Positions 17,929 to 27,982 of a DNA stretch of 64,000 nt are shown here, in pieces. The notes under the pieces are model-generated. The model saw only the letters and a program-made list of their open reading frames with translations. It did not search any database and was not told the origin of the DNA. Every line of letters begins with the position of its first letter. Position 1 is the stretch's first letter. A program made the position numbers and the translations under genes. Source of the DNA: an uncultured bacterium (GTDB lineage: Bacteria; Chloroflexota; UBA5177; JANWHV01); assembly GCA_963827235.1 (NCBI GenBank), contig CAWHAE010000020.1, positions 64,001 through 128,000 of the forward strand. The letters run 5' to 3'.

Positions 17929-19188
17929 ATGTCCAAGGAGCGGGTCATGGTCGGCGTGGACGTCGGCACTACAAAGATCTGCGCCTTGATTGGCGAGGTT
18001 GACCAGGACAACCGGCTCAATATAGTTGGAGTTGGCCAGGCGCCCTCGCAGGGTCTCCGCAGGGGTATGGTAGTCAATATCGATGAAGCGGCCGCGGCGA
18101 TACGCGAGGCTCTTGATAGAACGGAGCGGATTTCTGGTTATAAAATCGGCACTGCGCTGGTCGGAATTGCCGGAAGCCACATTACGAGCCAGAACAGTCG
18201 TGGCATTGTCGCTGTTTCACCTAACCTACACGAAATAACGCGCCCGGATATCGACCGCGCCATCGACGCGGCCCGCGCGCAGCCTCTCCCCCACAACCGC
18301 GAAGTGTTGCACGTGATTCCTCGCGAGTACGTTGTCGACGGGGAAGCCGGTATTCACGATCCGCTGGGCATGTCCGGCAACAGGCTTGAGGTCGAGTGCC
18401 ATATCATCACCGGCGCCACCACGTCGATCCACAACCTGTACAAGTGCGTGGAGAAGACCGGCATCGAGATCAGCGATATAGTGCCCGAGCCGCTTGCTTC
18501 GAGCGAAGCGGTGCTGACCAGTGCCGAGCGCGATCTTGGGGTTGCCATGATCGATATCGGCGGCGGCACCACAGACCTGGCGATCTTCATCAACGGCAGC
18601 ATCTGGCACACAGCGGTGATCGGTATCGGCGGCAATCATCTCACCAATGACATCGCGGTCGGCCTGCGCACGCCGTTCGATGTCGCGGAAGAGCTCAAGA
18701 AGAAGTACGGGGCGGCCGTGGCCGAGCGGATCGACGTGAATGAGATGATCAAGGTGCCTACGTTCGACAACACCGCCGGTGAGCCCGTGTCGCGACGCTT
18801 TCTCTGTGAGATCATAGAAGCGCGCGTGCGGGAGACACTGACGCTCGTGCACGAGGAGATACGGAATGCCGGTTACCACGGCGTGCTGCCGGCAGGCATC
18901 GTGCTCACGGGCGGCTCAGCGCAGCTCACGGATATCGTCGACCTGGCTCGCGACGTGCTGGCTATGCCTGCCCGAGTGGGCGGGCCGGCCCAGCTCACGG
19001 GCCTGGTAGACAGCATCAGCAGCCCTGCTTTCGCCACTTCAGTCGGACTGCTGACCTGGGGTCTGCGGTCGGGCGACTTCCAGAATCCGAACGTGCAAGC
19101 CCCTGTGGAAGGCGGCGGCGGTCCTTCATGGGGTGAGGTTTTCAACCGGTTCGTCGGCTGGCTGAAGCATTTCTGGGCATCCGCCTGA
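17929..19188 (+). CDS. ftsA: Cell division protein FtsA
   Basis: VGVDVGTTKICA, IDIGGGTTD, GGNHLTNDIA, VLTGGSAQL. Confidence 0.97.
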   Translation: MSKERVMVGVDVGTTKICALIGEVDQDNRLNIVGVGQAPSQGLRRGMVVNIDEAAAAIREALDRTERISGYKIGTALVGIAGSHITSQNSRGIVAVSPNLHEITRPDIDRAIDAARAQPLPHNREVLHVIPREYVVDGEAGIHDPLGMSGNRLEVECHIITGATTSIHNLYKCVEKTGIEISDIVPEPLASSEAVLTSAERDLGVAMIDIGGGTTDLAIFINGSIWHTAVIGIGGNHLTNDIAVGLRTPFDVAEELKKKYGAAVAERIDVNEMIKVPTFDNTAGEPVSRRFLCEIIEARVRETLTLVHEEIRNAGYHGVLPAGIVLTGGSAQLTDIVDLARDVLAMPARVGGPAQLTGLVDSISSPAFATSVGLLTWGLRSGDFQNPNVQAPVEGGGGPSWGEVFNRFVGWLKHFWASA

Positions 19189-19216
19189 CATCCTGGTTAT
19201 CTGGCAAAACTTACTG

Positions 19217-19225
19217 TGCTATACT
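19217..19225 (+). promoter_or_regulatory. Extended -10 element, possible internal ftsZ promoter
   Basis: TG-C-TATACT in the AT-richer 170-bp ftsA-ftsZ spacer. Confidence 0.4.
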
Positions 19226-19358
19226 CACCACACGTTATCGGTCAACAGAACCCTGAAGTGCTACTTCACGGGTGAGGCACCGGTGCACCGGCCTGTGAGC
19301 CTGGACCTGGTGTGTGCCTGGAATGAGACAGCGTTCGGGAATAGGAGGCGCGCCCGGT

Positions 19359-20501
19359 ATGAACGTTCCATCGATCGCGGACCACGCGATAATCAAGGTC
19401 ATCGGCGTCGGGGGCGGTGGCTGTAACGCGATCAACCGCATGATTCAAGCTCGCATGCAGGAAGTCGAGTTCATTGCGGTCAATACGGACAACCAGGCGC
19501 TGTTGCACTCTCAGGCTGCGGTCAAAGTTCGCATCGGCGACAAGCTCACCAAGGGCCTTGGCGCGGGCGGTGATCCGACCGTCGGCCAGCGCGCGGCCGA
19601 GGAATCCTACGAGGAGCTGCGCGACGCTCTGCAGGGCGCGGACATGATCTTCATTGCCGCCGGCATGGGCGGCGGTACGGGCACCGGCGCCGCGCCCGTG
19701 ATCGCCCAGATCGCCCAGGATCTCGGTGCTCTGACCGTGGGCGTGATTACCAAGCCGTTCAGCTTCGAGGGAAACAGGCGACGTCGCGTCGCCGACGAAG
19801 GGGCCAACGCCTTCAAGGAGCGTGTAGACACGCTCATCACCGTGCCCAACGACCGGTTGCTGCACCTGGCGGACAAGAAGATGACCATGAACATGGCCTT
19901 CGCCCTTGCCGACGACGTGCTGCGTGCCGGTATCCAGGGCATATCGGACACTATCACGGTGCCCGGCTTGATCAACCTGGACTTCGCGGACGTAAAGAGC
20001 GTCATGTCTCAGGCCGGCAGCGCCCTGATGGCGATCGGCCGGGCTTCCGGCGATAGCCGCGCCACCGATGCGGCACACCAGGCCATCGCTAGCCCGTTGC
20101 TTGACGTGTCGATCGAAGGCGCGCGCGGCGTGCTGCTCAACATAACCGGCAGCGACTACACGCTGTTTGAGGTGCATGAGGCAGCGGCCATCATACAGGA
20201 GGCCGCCGATCCGGATGCCAACATCATCTTCGGCGCCGTCATCGACGAGAGCTTCGAGGGCGAGATTCAGATCACTGTGATTGCTACCGGCTTCGACGGC
20301 CGGCCGCAGTCGCAGCAGCCGATAGTCCGCCAGCAGGCAGGACGCCCGCTGAGCCAGCCGGTGGAGACGCCGCGCCCGGTAGTCGAGCCGTCGCAGCAGC
20401 CCACTCAGCCTCGCCAGCCGGCGATGAATCCGCAGATGCAGCCGTCCACCGATCCGTACGACTTGCCGACCTTCTTGCGCAACCGGCCGCAGAGTCGGTA
20501 G
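19359..20501 (+). CDS. ftsZ: Cell division protein FtsZ
   Basis: [10 protein letters not shown], tubulin signature [17 protein letters not shown]-rich linker, C-terminal core DLPTFLR; ATG 19359 with AGGAGG RBS. Confidence 0.98.
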   Translation: MNVPSIADHAIIKVIGVGGGGCNAINRMIQARMQEVEFIAVNTDNQALLHSQAAVKVRIGDKLTKGLGAGGDPTVGQRAAEESYEELRDALQGADMIFIAAGMGGGTGTGAAPVIAQIAQDLGALTVGVITKPFSFEGNRRRRVADEGANAFKERVDTLITVPNDRLLHLADKKMTMNMAFALADDVLRAGIQGISDTITVPGLINLDFADVKSVMSQAGSALMAIGRASGDSRATDAAHQAIASPLLDVSIEGARGVLLNITGSDYTLFEVHEAAAIIQEAADPDANIIFGAVIDESFEGEIQITVIATGFDGRPQSQQPIVRQQAGRPLSQPVETPRPVVEPSQQPTQPRQPAMNPQMQPSTDPYDLPTFLRNRPQSR

Positions 20502-20777
20502 TCATAACTGCCGGACGCGCTCCGCGCCCTGCTGCCCGTCTGGGCAGTGGCGAATAGCGTATGGCCGCGGACACGGGGCGAACGTGGGTAGGTGGCTCTC
20601 GAGGTTGGGCTGCGCCTCCGCGCTGAAACGCTGTCGGATGGTCGCTCCGTTGACCCGGTTCGAGGGTTGTCTGCTCACGCCCTGCGCGGAGCTTCGACAA
20701 GTGCCACGCCGGCGTACAGGGCTGCCCACCGCGCACACCTGCCTTCTCTGCTCTTCGCGGTGCTGGGAAATGGGGTG

Positions 20778-21467
20778 TCAGCGTTCCCCGAGCAGCCGGC
20801 GCAGACGCTCGATCTCGGCGTCCAGCCGGCCGATCTCCACTTCGACTTCGTCCTCGCGGTGCATGCGCCGTCCGTCTGCCAGGTACACCTCGACCGTGGC
20901 GCCGGCCACGGCAAACGCCAGCGGTAGCCTCTCGCTGCGGTAGGTGCCATCGGCCGCGGGCTCCCAGGGACGGTACTCTCCCGCCTGCAGCCTCCAGACG
21001 CGCATTCTCTCGCGCAGGAACAGGCCGGTAGGGTCAAGCGCCAGGTATTCCGGCACGCCGGCTCGCGCGTAGCTGAAGCCCTTGCCGCGCACCAGGTCCA
21101 GGTCGACATCGCAGGTCGTCTCGCTCAGGAATTCCACAATCAGCACAGGCGGACCATCGAATTCGATCGTGTGCGAGCCTCGCGCGGTATCGAGTGCGCG
21201 GGGATAGACGAAGACGTCCGGATAGGTGCGTACATAGGAGCCATCCGGGCGCCTGCATCCCAGGAGCAGCAGCTGCGTGATCGCTTGCCAGGGCAGAGGC
21301 TCCCCGGGCCCACGGCTCAGCCGCGCCGCGCCGTTGATACCCAGCCGCAGGTTGGTGATCGCCCCTTGGTGCAAGTCCGTACACAAGATGCTCTCATCGG
21401 TATCGTCCGGCGGCCAGGGCTCGACGGGGTAGGGGGGCCAGGCAGGGGTTAGCGGTTCGGTAGCCAT
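20778..21467 (-). CDS. Uma2 (DUF820) family putative PD-(D/E)xK endonuclease
   Basis: YPDVFV, PVLIVEFLSETT, KGFSYARAGVPEYLALDP; ATG 21467 with AGGAGG RBS. Confidence 0.82.
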   Translation of the reverse strand: MATEPLTPAWPPYPVEPWPPDDTDESILCTDLHQGAITNLRLGINGAARLSRGPGEPLPWQAITQLLLLGCRRPDGSYVRTYPDVFVYPRALDTARGSHTIEFDGPPVLIVEFLSETTCDVDLDLVRGKGFSYARAGVPEYLALDPTGLFLRERMRVWRLQAGEYRPWEPAADGTYRSERLPLAFAVAGATVEVYLADGRRMHREDEVEVEIGRLDAEIERLRRLLGER

Positions 21468-21607
21468 CGTCTCGCCTCCTCGCGCCACTGTATCACCGAA
21501 CTCGAGGCCGGAATTGGCATGGCTATCAACGGACCTTCGCGGTACGATTGCACTGGCCTGGCCCGGAGGCGCCGGCCGGCGGGACTGAATGGAGCAAGGA
21601 GCAACGT

Positions 21608-22801
21608 GTGATATCTGACAAGGGTTGCGAGACCCTTATGGCAGCGGTGGCGGCGAGACTAGAGGTGTTTCTCGATGACCTGCGTGAGCTGAGCGCCATC
21701 GACTGTGGTACGGCCAACGTAGCAGGCGTCAATCGGGTTGGCGCGTGGGTGCAGGCTCGCTGCGCGACGAACGGCTGGGCCGTTCACGTGCACAAGGGGA
21801 CGCGACGGGCCGACGTCGTGGAGGCTCGCGTGCCCGGCACCGGCACGCGGCGCATTCTCCTGCTGGCGCACATGGATACCGTGTACGCCGATGGCGTGGC
21901 CGCCGAACGCCCAATGCGCACCGAGGGGAACGCGATAGTCGGCCCGGGTACCTCGGACATGAAGGGAGGACTGCTTGCAGGCGTGTATGCCGTGGAGGCG
22001 CTGCAGGCTCTCGCGAGGGTGCCGTTCGCCGAAGTCGTGTTGCTCTTCACCGGAGACGAGGAGGTCGGCTCGCCTGAGAGCAGCGCGCTGACGGCCGACA
22101 TAGCCAGGACGTGCGATGCCGCGCTCGTTCTCGAATCGGCGCGCGCCTCCGGGGCCATTGTGGCGGCGCGCAAGGGGATCATCGACTACCGGCTCGAGAT
22201 AAAGGGTCGCTCGGCCCACTCCGGTGTCGAGCCGGAGAAGGGTCGCAGCGCCGTCCTGGAGTTGGCGCACAAGGTGATTGCTTTGCAGGCACTGAACGGC
22301 ACGGTGCCGGGTGCGACGGTCAACGTGGGCGTGGTTGGCGGCGGTTCCGCGCTGAACGTCGTGGCGGAGACCGCGTTCGCCAAGTTCGAGTCCCGCGCCC
22401 TGGAACCGGAAGGCCTGGAGCGCATCGACGCCGCGATCAGGCACGTCGTCGGCCGCGCCGTTGTGCCGGACACCACGACGGTACTGAGCACGCATCGCGG
22501 CTTTCCTCCCATGGCGCGCACACCCGCCATCGAGCATCTGGTCGGAATGGCGCGGGCGGCTGCACGGGACCTGGGATTCTCCGTGGAGGCCGTGGCTACC
22601 GGCGGCGCCTCGGACGCCTGTCTCGTGGCGGGCACCGGAACTCCTGTGCTCGACGGCCTGGGTCCGATCGGCGGCGACGATCATAGCCCGCGAGAGTGGC
22701 TCGCCCTCGACTCGATTGTGCCGCGCGTGGCGTTGCTGGCAGAGCTGATCACGCGTATCGCAACAGATGACGCCATGTCCGGCATCGCGGCGAGTCGCTA
22801 G
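21608..22801 (+). CDS. M20 family metallopeptidase (glutamate carboxypeptidase-like)
   Basis: HMDTV, GPGTSDMKGG, DEEVGS, GRSAHSG, GGASD, DHSPRE. Confidence 0.9.
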   Translation: MISDKGCETLMAAVAARLEVFLDDLRELSAIDCGTANVAGVNRVGAWVQARCATNGWAVHVHKGTRRADVVEARVPGTGTRRILLLAHMDTVYADGVAAERPMRTEGNAIVGPGTSDMKGGLLAGVYAVEALQALARVPFAEVVLLFTGDEEVGSPESSALTADIARTCDAALVLESARASGAIVAARKGIIDYRLEIKGRSAHSGVEPEKGRSAVLELAHKVIALQALNGTVPGATVNVGVVGGGSALNVVAETAFAKFESRALEPEGLERIDAAIRHVVGRAVVPDTTTVLSTHRGFPPMARTPAIEHLVGMARAAARDLGFSVEAVATGGASDACLVAGTGTPVLDGLGPIGGDDHSPREWLALDSIVPRVALLAELITRIATDDAMSGIAASR

Positions 22802-22880
22802 CAGCCATGTTCTCGCCGCCCGCCCGCGCGCTATCCTATCCAGGAAGAGTCGCTCGACCTGTTGTTGAAAGGATCACGAA

Positions 22881-23915
22881 ATGGTGCGCATCTGGGGCAA
22901 GGAGTACTCTCGATCTGAGCTGTTGCAGCGTGTCGGTGGCCTGAGCCAAATCGGCGGCGTGGAGGCCCAGACTCTCGACGACGGGCCCGAGCGCGGTGTG
23001 AAGGCCTTGCGGCTGCGAGCCGGAGAGCTCGACTGTACCCTGCTCCCCGACCGCTGCGTCGACATCTCCAATCTCACCTGGCGCGGACGGTCGCTCTGCT
23101 GGCACAGCGGCACCGGACGCGTCTCCCCGAATCTCTTCCAAATGGAGGGCACCGGCTTTCTGCGCAGCTTCTTCGGTGGCATGCTGGTTACCTGCGGCCT
23201 GGATAACTTCGGGCCGGGGTGCGTGGTGGATGGCGTGGAGTACTACCAGCACGGGCGCATCCACAACATTCCTGCCTCCAACGTGAGCTGGGGCGAGCGT
23301 TGGGAGGGAGATACGTGCACCCTCTATGCCACCGGCACGATGCGCCAGGTCCGGCTCTTCGGCGAGAACCTGACGTTGACCCGGACGGTGGAGATCGAGC
23401 TCGGCGGCAATACTGTCAGGCTGAACGACGTGCTCCGCAACGAAGGCTGGCAGCCTGAGCCGTACCTGCTCACCTACCACATCAACACGGGCTTCCCGTT
23501 GCTCGACGAAGGCGCCGAGGTGAAAGGAACCTTCGACGCTCTGGAGCCGCGTGATGAAAGAGCGGCCCTCGGGCGCGACGACTGGCAGGTGATGCATGGT
23601 CCGCGACCGCAGTTCAAGGAGCAGGTGTACCTGGCTACGCCGCACCCGGATGGCAACAACTGGGGCGAGGCGGAGCTGTGGAACGCGAAACTCGATGGCG
23701 GCCTGGGACTGAAGATTCGCTGGGACCTCAGCACCCTTCCGTGGATGGTACTGTGGCGCCAGCTCGGACAGGGAGCATACGTGGTGGGCCTTGAGCCCAC
23801 GAGCTGCAAGGTGATCACCGGCCGGCAGGACGCGCTGGCGGCAAACGCCATGCCGTCGCTGGAACCGGGTCAGGACCGCCGTTTCACTCTGGAGTTTGTC
23901 GTCGTTACGTCTTGA
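22881..23915 (+). CDS. DUF4432 / aldose-1-epimerase-like protein
   Basis: DGPERGV, LPDRCVDI, FLRSFFGGMLVTCGL, HGRIHN, YHINTGFPLLD, YVVGLEP. Confidence 0.8.
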   Translation: MVRIWGKEYSRSELLQRVGGLSQIGGVEAQTLDDGPERGVKALRLRAGELDCTLLPDRCVDISNLTWRGRSLCWHSGTGRVSPNLFQMEGTGFLRSFFGGMLVTCGLDNFGPGCVVDGVEYYQHGRIHNIPASNVSWGERWEGDTCTLYATGTMRQVRLFGENLTLTRTVEIELGGNTVRLNDVLRNEGWQPEPYLLTYHINTGFPLLDEGAEVKGTFDALEPRDERAALGRDDWQVMHGPRPQFKEQVYLATPHPDGNNWGEAELWNAKLDGGLGLKIRWDLSTLPWMVLWRQLGQGAYVVGLEPTSCKVITGRQDALAANAMPSLEPGQDRRFTLEFVVVTS

Positions 23916-24053
23916 TCGCCCGCCGTCGTCGCATTGACTGTACTGGATCGCTCAGCTATGTTGGAACCAGACGCCCTTGCGACACTCGTTTGGGCGGCTT
24001 GCGCACCGGAAATCCTAGCGTACGGTGTTTGACTGGACAGAAGGGTAAACAAC

Positions 24054-24461
24054 GTGATCACAGCTGGCGAAGTCAGCACTGCACAGGAGCAGGTCGTGAC
24101 ACTCACGGCCAAGGCGTCGGAGATGGTGCGAGGTATTCTGGCCAAGGCCTCGGAGGAGAACGACAACCTGGCGCTGCGAGTATATGTGAGTGGCGGGGGT
24201 TGCTCCGGTCTGCAGTACGGCATGGCCCTGGATGAGGCGATGGAGGACGATACGATCGTCGCCTATGACGGCATCCGCGTGGTGATCGATGCCGATAGCC
24301 TGGCATTCGTGCAAGGCTCAGAGATCGACTACGTGGATAGTCTGATGGGCGCTGGCTTCACCGTGAACAATCCCAATGCAGTGTCGTCCTGCGGCTGTGG
24401 TCATTCGTTCCGCACGGCTGACGAGAGTGGGTCGGCGCGGGGCTGCAGCTGCCATCACTGA
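24054..24461 (+). CDS. A-type Fe-S cluster carrier (HesB/IscA/ErpA family)
   Basis: LRVYVSGGGCSGLQY, GFTVNNPNAVSSCGCGHSF. Confidence 0.93.
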   Translation: MITAGEVSTAQEQVVTLTAKASEMVRGILAKASEENDNLALRVYVSGGGCSGLQYGMALDEAMEDDTIVAYDGIRVVIDADSLAFVQGSEIDYVDSLMGAGFTVNNPNAVSSCGCGHSFRTADESGSARGCSCHH

Positions 24462-24500
24462 GCCGCTGCGTGGCGGAGGCATCGCATCGCCCGAGTACAG

Positions 24501-24540
24501 ACAACCGCCGCGGGAGGTCCTCCCGCGGCGGTTGTGTTTC
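24501..24540 (+). terminator. Intrinsic terminator hairpin between convergent genes
   Basis: Perfect 16-bp stem ACAACCGCCGCGGGAG / CTCCCGCGGCGGTTGT, 3-nt loop, followed by GTTTC. Confidence 0.7.
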
Positions 24541-24603
24541 CAGGGCCGGCTAGGAAATGCCTGGGATTGGCTTCCGTGCCGGCACCACGTCGCCGACATG
24601 GTG

Positions 24604-26448
24604 TTAGCTGCTGATGCCGATGAACTGCGCGCCGCCCCCGGTCGGCCCGGCGAAGCTGACCGCCGAAACGCTCTTGAAGCTCAGCAGGATTGGCCGCACC
24701 TGCCGGTTGTAATCGCGCATGTCCGCTCCTGTCGCCCGCGCTAACTTCTCGATCGTCTCTCTCAATCCGGTCAGATTGGCGTAGAAAGCGGCTCCGTAGG
24801 GCCGGTTCGGGAAGTAGACAAAGGCCTTCTTGTAGGTCGGGTTCGCCGCCAGACTGCCCCCGGCCGACGCCTTCACGATACCGGCGAAGTCGGCGGGAAG
24901 AGCGCTGGCCACGATCAGATAGCCGTGATAGAACGTATATCCTATTCCCGTGGGGGTGGCAGCCAGCATCTCCAGCGGGTTGCTGGAAGACGTGGGCACC
25001 TCGACGAACTGCAGTCCCTGGAGGCCGCTGTTCGGGATGGCCTGCAGGGCCAACTTGATGAATGCCAGGTCGGCCTGGACCGTGGCCTGATCAGTGATCC
25101 GCAGCGTTGCGACCACGGAGAGCGAGTTGGTCGGGCTGCTCTTGCCGAAGTCCCTGGAACCTGCAGGCAACAAGGCGATGGAGGCATCGCCGTGCATCCA
25201 CGAAAACACGCGGTCATCCAGGTTGATGCCGATTTGCTGGTCGATCTTCTTGATGATCGTATCGCCGTTGGCCAGGATTTGGGTCACGTTCAGGTCACCA
25301 GGCTGCAGATGCGGGTTCTTCTGCGCGGCCATGGCACCGGCGTAGGCACCGATCAACAGGTCGCGAATCAGCGTCCCCGGATCGTTGAGGCCGGCGTATG
25401 CCAGCGTATCCGCCGGTAGGAAGCTCGGTTCCGTCAGGCCCGTGGCAGTGAGGCCCAGGCTGCTGGAGAGCGATCCGACCGCGACACGCGGACTGCTCGT
25501 GGTCAGAATGCCGTCGGGCTCAGCGCTCACTGAATACGCATCGCTCAATGTGCCGGGCTGCGCAGGGAACGCAGTTCGCCACGCGCGGGCGGACGGATTG
25601 GTCGCCAATGCCTTGACGAGCGGGCGCCACTGCTCGGTATCGACGTGCACGTAGCCCGTGTACAGTCGGTCCGCCGGCAGGGCGCTCATTGACTGCTGGA
25701 AATCGTAGACGCCGGACAACGATGGTGCGGCGCCGAAGTAGGTGTCGATCGAGTGCCGCAAGGTGGACATGTCGGTGGCCAGCACCGCGATGTTGCCGGC
25801 GACCGCCGCGTAGAAGATACCCGCGATCACCGGCGAGGACCCGACCCTGGCGGTCTGCGCTCGACCGCCTCCGGCGCTGCGAGAGACGGTCGCGATCAGG
25901 CTTCGCAGATCGAGCTCGACAACCGGCAGGTTCCGATACGCCGGGGCCTGCTTGACAATGCTCGAACCCAGCAGAGCCAGTTCGGTGTTCAGCTGGCCGA
26001 ATGTCGTCCCGGACTGCAGACCGGCATCGAGCAGCATGTGCAGCGTGACTGCCGGCGCGCCATGGCTCCTCGCGGTCACGGAGACCGGAAGTATGGCCAG
26101 TCCAAGCTCACCGTCGAATATCTTCTGCAGGCTTCCTACTACCTGATTGATCACGAGCTCGGCGCTCGACAGGTCACCGGCGCTCGTCCCAAGCGCTTGC
26201 TGCAACAGCGCCCGAGCGTTGACGTGCGCGACGAGCGCGTGCCCAATTGTCTTGAGATTGACAGACTGGTTGGCGCTTGTGTCCTGCAGCGCACCGTAGT
26301 AGATCACGTCGCTCGGCGTGACCTGTGTGAAATCCGAATGTGCCGTACCCACGAATCCACCGGCTCGAGCCGGCGCGGGCACTCCGATCAAGCTCGGTAC
26401 TAGGGACAGGATGGCGATCGAGGCGAGGATGATTCGTCCGCGATGCAT
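24604..26448 (-). CDS. Secreted protein, DUF3352-like
   Basis: Signal peptide ending ARA-G; two repeated halves (VTPSDVIYYG / FLPADTLAYAG), GINLDDRVFSWMHGD, SLAANPTYKKA resemble DUF3352. Confidence 0.6.
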   Translation of the reverse strand: MHRGRIILASIAILSLVPSLIGVPAPARAGGFVGTAHSDFTQVTPSDVIYYGALQDTSANQSVNLKTIGHALVAHVNARALLQQALGTSAGDLSSAELVINQVVGSLQKIFDGELGLAILPVSVTARSHGAPAVTLHMLLDAGLQSGTTFGQLNTELALLGSSIVKQAPAYRNLPVVELDLRSLIATVSRSAGGGRAQTARVGSSPVIAGIFYAAVAGNIAVLATDMSTLRHSIDTYFGAAPSLSGVYDFQQSMSALPADRLYTGYVHVDTEQWRPLVKALATNPSARAWRTAFPAQPGTLSDAYSVSAEPDGILTTSSPRVAVGSLSSSLGLTATGLTEPSFLPADTLAYAGLNDPGTLIRDLLIGAYAGAMAAQKNPHLQPGDLNVTQILANGDTIIKKIDQQIGINLDDRVFSWMHGDASIALLPAGSRDFGKSSPTNSLSVVATLRITDQATVQADLAFIKLALQAIPNSGLQGLQFVEVPTSSSNPLEMLAATPTGIGYTFYHGYLIVASALPADFAGIVKASAGGSLAANPTYKKAFVYFPNRPYGAAFYANLTGLRETIEKLARATGADMRDYNRQVRPILLSFKSVSAVSFAGPTGGGAQFIGISS

Positions 26449-26779
26449 GACGCCTGCTCCATTTCGACGTGCTGTAGCGCTTTGCTGTCTGAGGGCAACG
26501 ATACCTTCGTCGCTTCAAGTCTCAGCATAACCCATGCTCATGCTCGGCGCATTCCCCGTCTAGCTGTCAGGACTTCGCTGCCGGGTTGTACCATGCTATA
26601 GGTCGTCAGCTAATGATTCCGAGTTTCGGACAGGCCGCACCAGAGTAGAGTTTCCTACGGGTGTGGGATTATTTGTCTGAAGAGCTATAGTGCCGTAGGA
26701 CGTGTTTCGGGCTTCGCCGGCGCCATCGCGAGTACTTGATGGACGCCCGGCAGGCCGCCGTCGAGCTGCGAAGGGATTA

Positions 26780-27964
26780 ATGATGACAGAGTTCGCTACG
26801 CGTGCCGCGCACGCCGCTCGCCCCTTGCCCGGCGCAAGCGTTTCCCGTCCGCTACTCTCGCCAATCTATCAGAGCACGGTGTACGAGTTCGACCGCCTTG
26901 AGGATCTCGAGGCTCTTCGCGCCGGCGCCGTGGGCCATATGTACTACCGGAACGGCACTCCCACTCACGACACGCTCGAGCGTGCCGTGGCCTCGCTGGA
27001 AGGCGCCGAGGCCGCGGTTACCGCGGCCTCGGGCATGGGCATCGCCAGCGCGGCCATCCTCACTCTTGCCGGGGCGGGGGACCTGGTCGTCGCCGATCGC
27101 CACGCCTACGGCGGTACGTACAACTTGTTGACGCAGGATCTGCCGAGGCTTGGCGTACAGGTCTGCTGGATCGACGCGGTCGACCTCGATATGGTCGAAC
27201 AGGCCCTGCGGCAGCGGCCAAAGGCGCTTCTGGTCGAGGCGCTCTCCAATCCCACGATGCGCGTGGCCGACGTTCCTGCGCTCTGCGCATTGGGCCGGGC
27301 GGTCGACGTGCCGGTGCTGGTCGACGCGACCTTCGCCTCTCCAGCTCTCCTGCGACCGCTGGAGCACGGCGCCACTCTTTCGTGGCACTCGACGGCGAAG
27401 TACCTAGGCGGGCACAGCGCAGCCTGTGGCGGCGTGGCCTCCGGCGACGGCCGGCTGATTCAGGGCATGCGCGACAAGATCGTTCACATCGGCGCCAACC
27501 TCGGCGTGATGGATGCCTGGTTGGCCCTGCTTGGCCTGCCGACCTTGCCTCTTCGTATGCCGGAGCACTCGCGACTGGGTCTGGACATTGCTCACCACCT
27601 GGAGGCGCACCCGGCGGTGTCTCGGGTCTACCATCCCGGCTTGACCAGCCATGAGCAACACGATGTCTGCGCCCGGCTTTATCCGCGCGGTTGCGGTGGC
27701 ATGCTGAGCATCGAGCTGCGCGGCGGGGGCGAGGCCGCGCGCGCGTTCCTGAACGGCCTGAAGACGATCGCGTTCGCGCCCAGCCTGGCGGACGTGGCGA
27801 CTACGGTGTCCTACCCGTACGCGACCAGTCACTTCGGTCTGCCGGAAGAAGCGCTGAGTGCACTGGGGGTCGGCCCCGGCATGATCCGTGTCTCGGCCGG
27901 CATCGAGGCTACGGTGGACGTGCTGGAGGACATCGACCAAGCGCTAGCGGGCTGTGCCTGTTGA
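26780..27964 (+). CDS. PLP-dependent trans-sulfuration enzyme (cystathionine gamma-synthase/lyase or methionine gamma-lyase family)
   Basis: PIYQST, YYRNGTPT, ASGM, YGGT, DATFASP, HSTAKYLGGHS (PLP Lys), IRVSAGIE. Confidence 0.9.
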   Translation: MMTEFATRAAHAARPLPGASVSRPLLSPIYQSTVYEFDRLEDLEALRAGAVGHMYYRNGTPTHDTLERAVASLEGAEAAVTAASGMGIASAAILTLAGAGDLVVADRHAYGGTYNLLTQDLPRLGVQVCWIDAVDLDMVEQALRQRPKALLVEALSNPTMRVADVPALCALGRAVDVPVLVDATFASPALLRPLEHGATLSWHSTAKYLGGHSAACGGVASGDGRLIQGMRDKIVHIGANLGVMDAWLALLGLPTLPLRMPEHSRLGLDIAHHLEAHPAVSRVYHPGLTSHEQHDVCARLYPRGCGGMLSIELRGGGEAARAFLNGLKTIAFAPSLADVATTVSYPYATSHFGLPEEALSALGVGPGMIRVSAGIEATVDVLEDIDQALAGCAC

Positions 27965-27982
27965 CGGGCGGGGCGAAGCCGC

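Noticed and set aside
26530-26779. SAM riboswitch or T-box upstream of the trans-sulfuration gene (inverted repeat TCCTACGG 26653-26660 / CCGTAGGA 26693-26700)
   Set aside because: No SAM-I, SAM-IV or T-box consensus recognisable by eye; an Rfam scan would be needed
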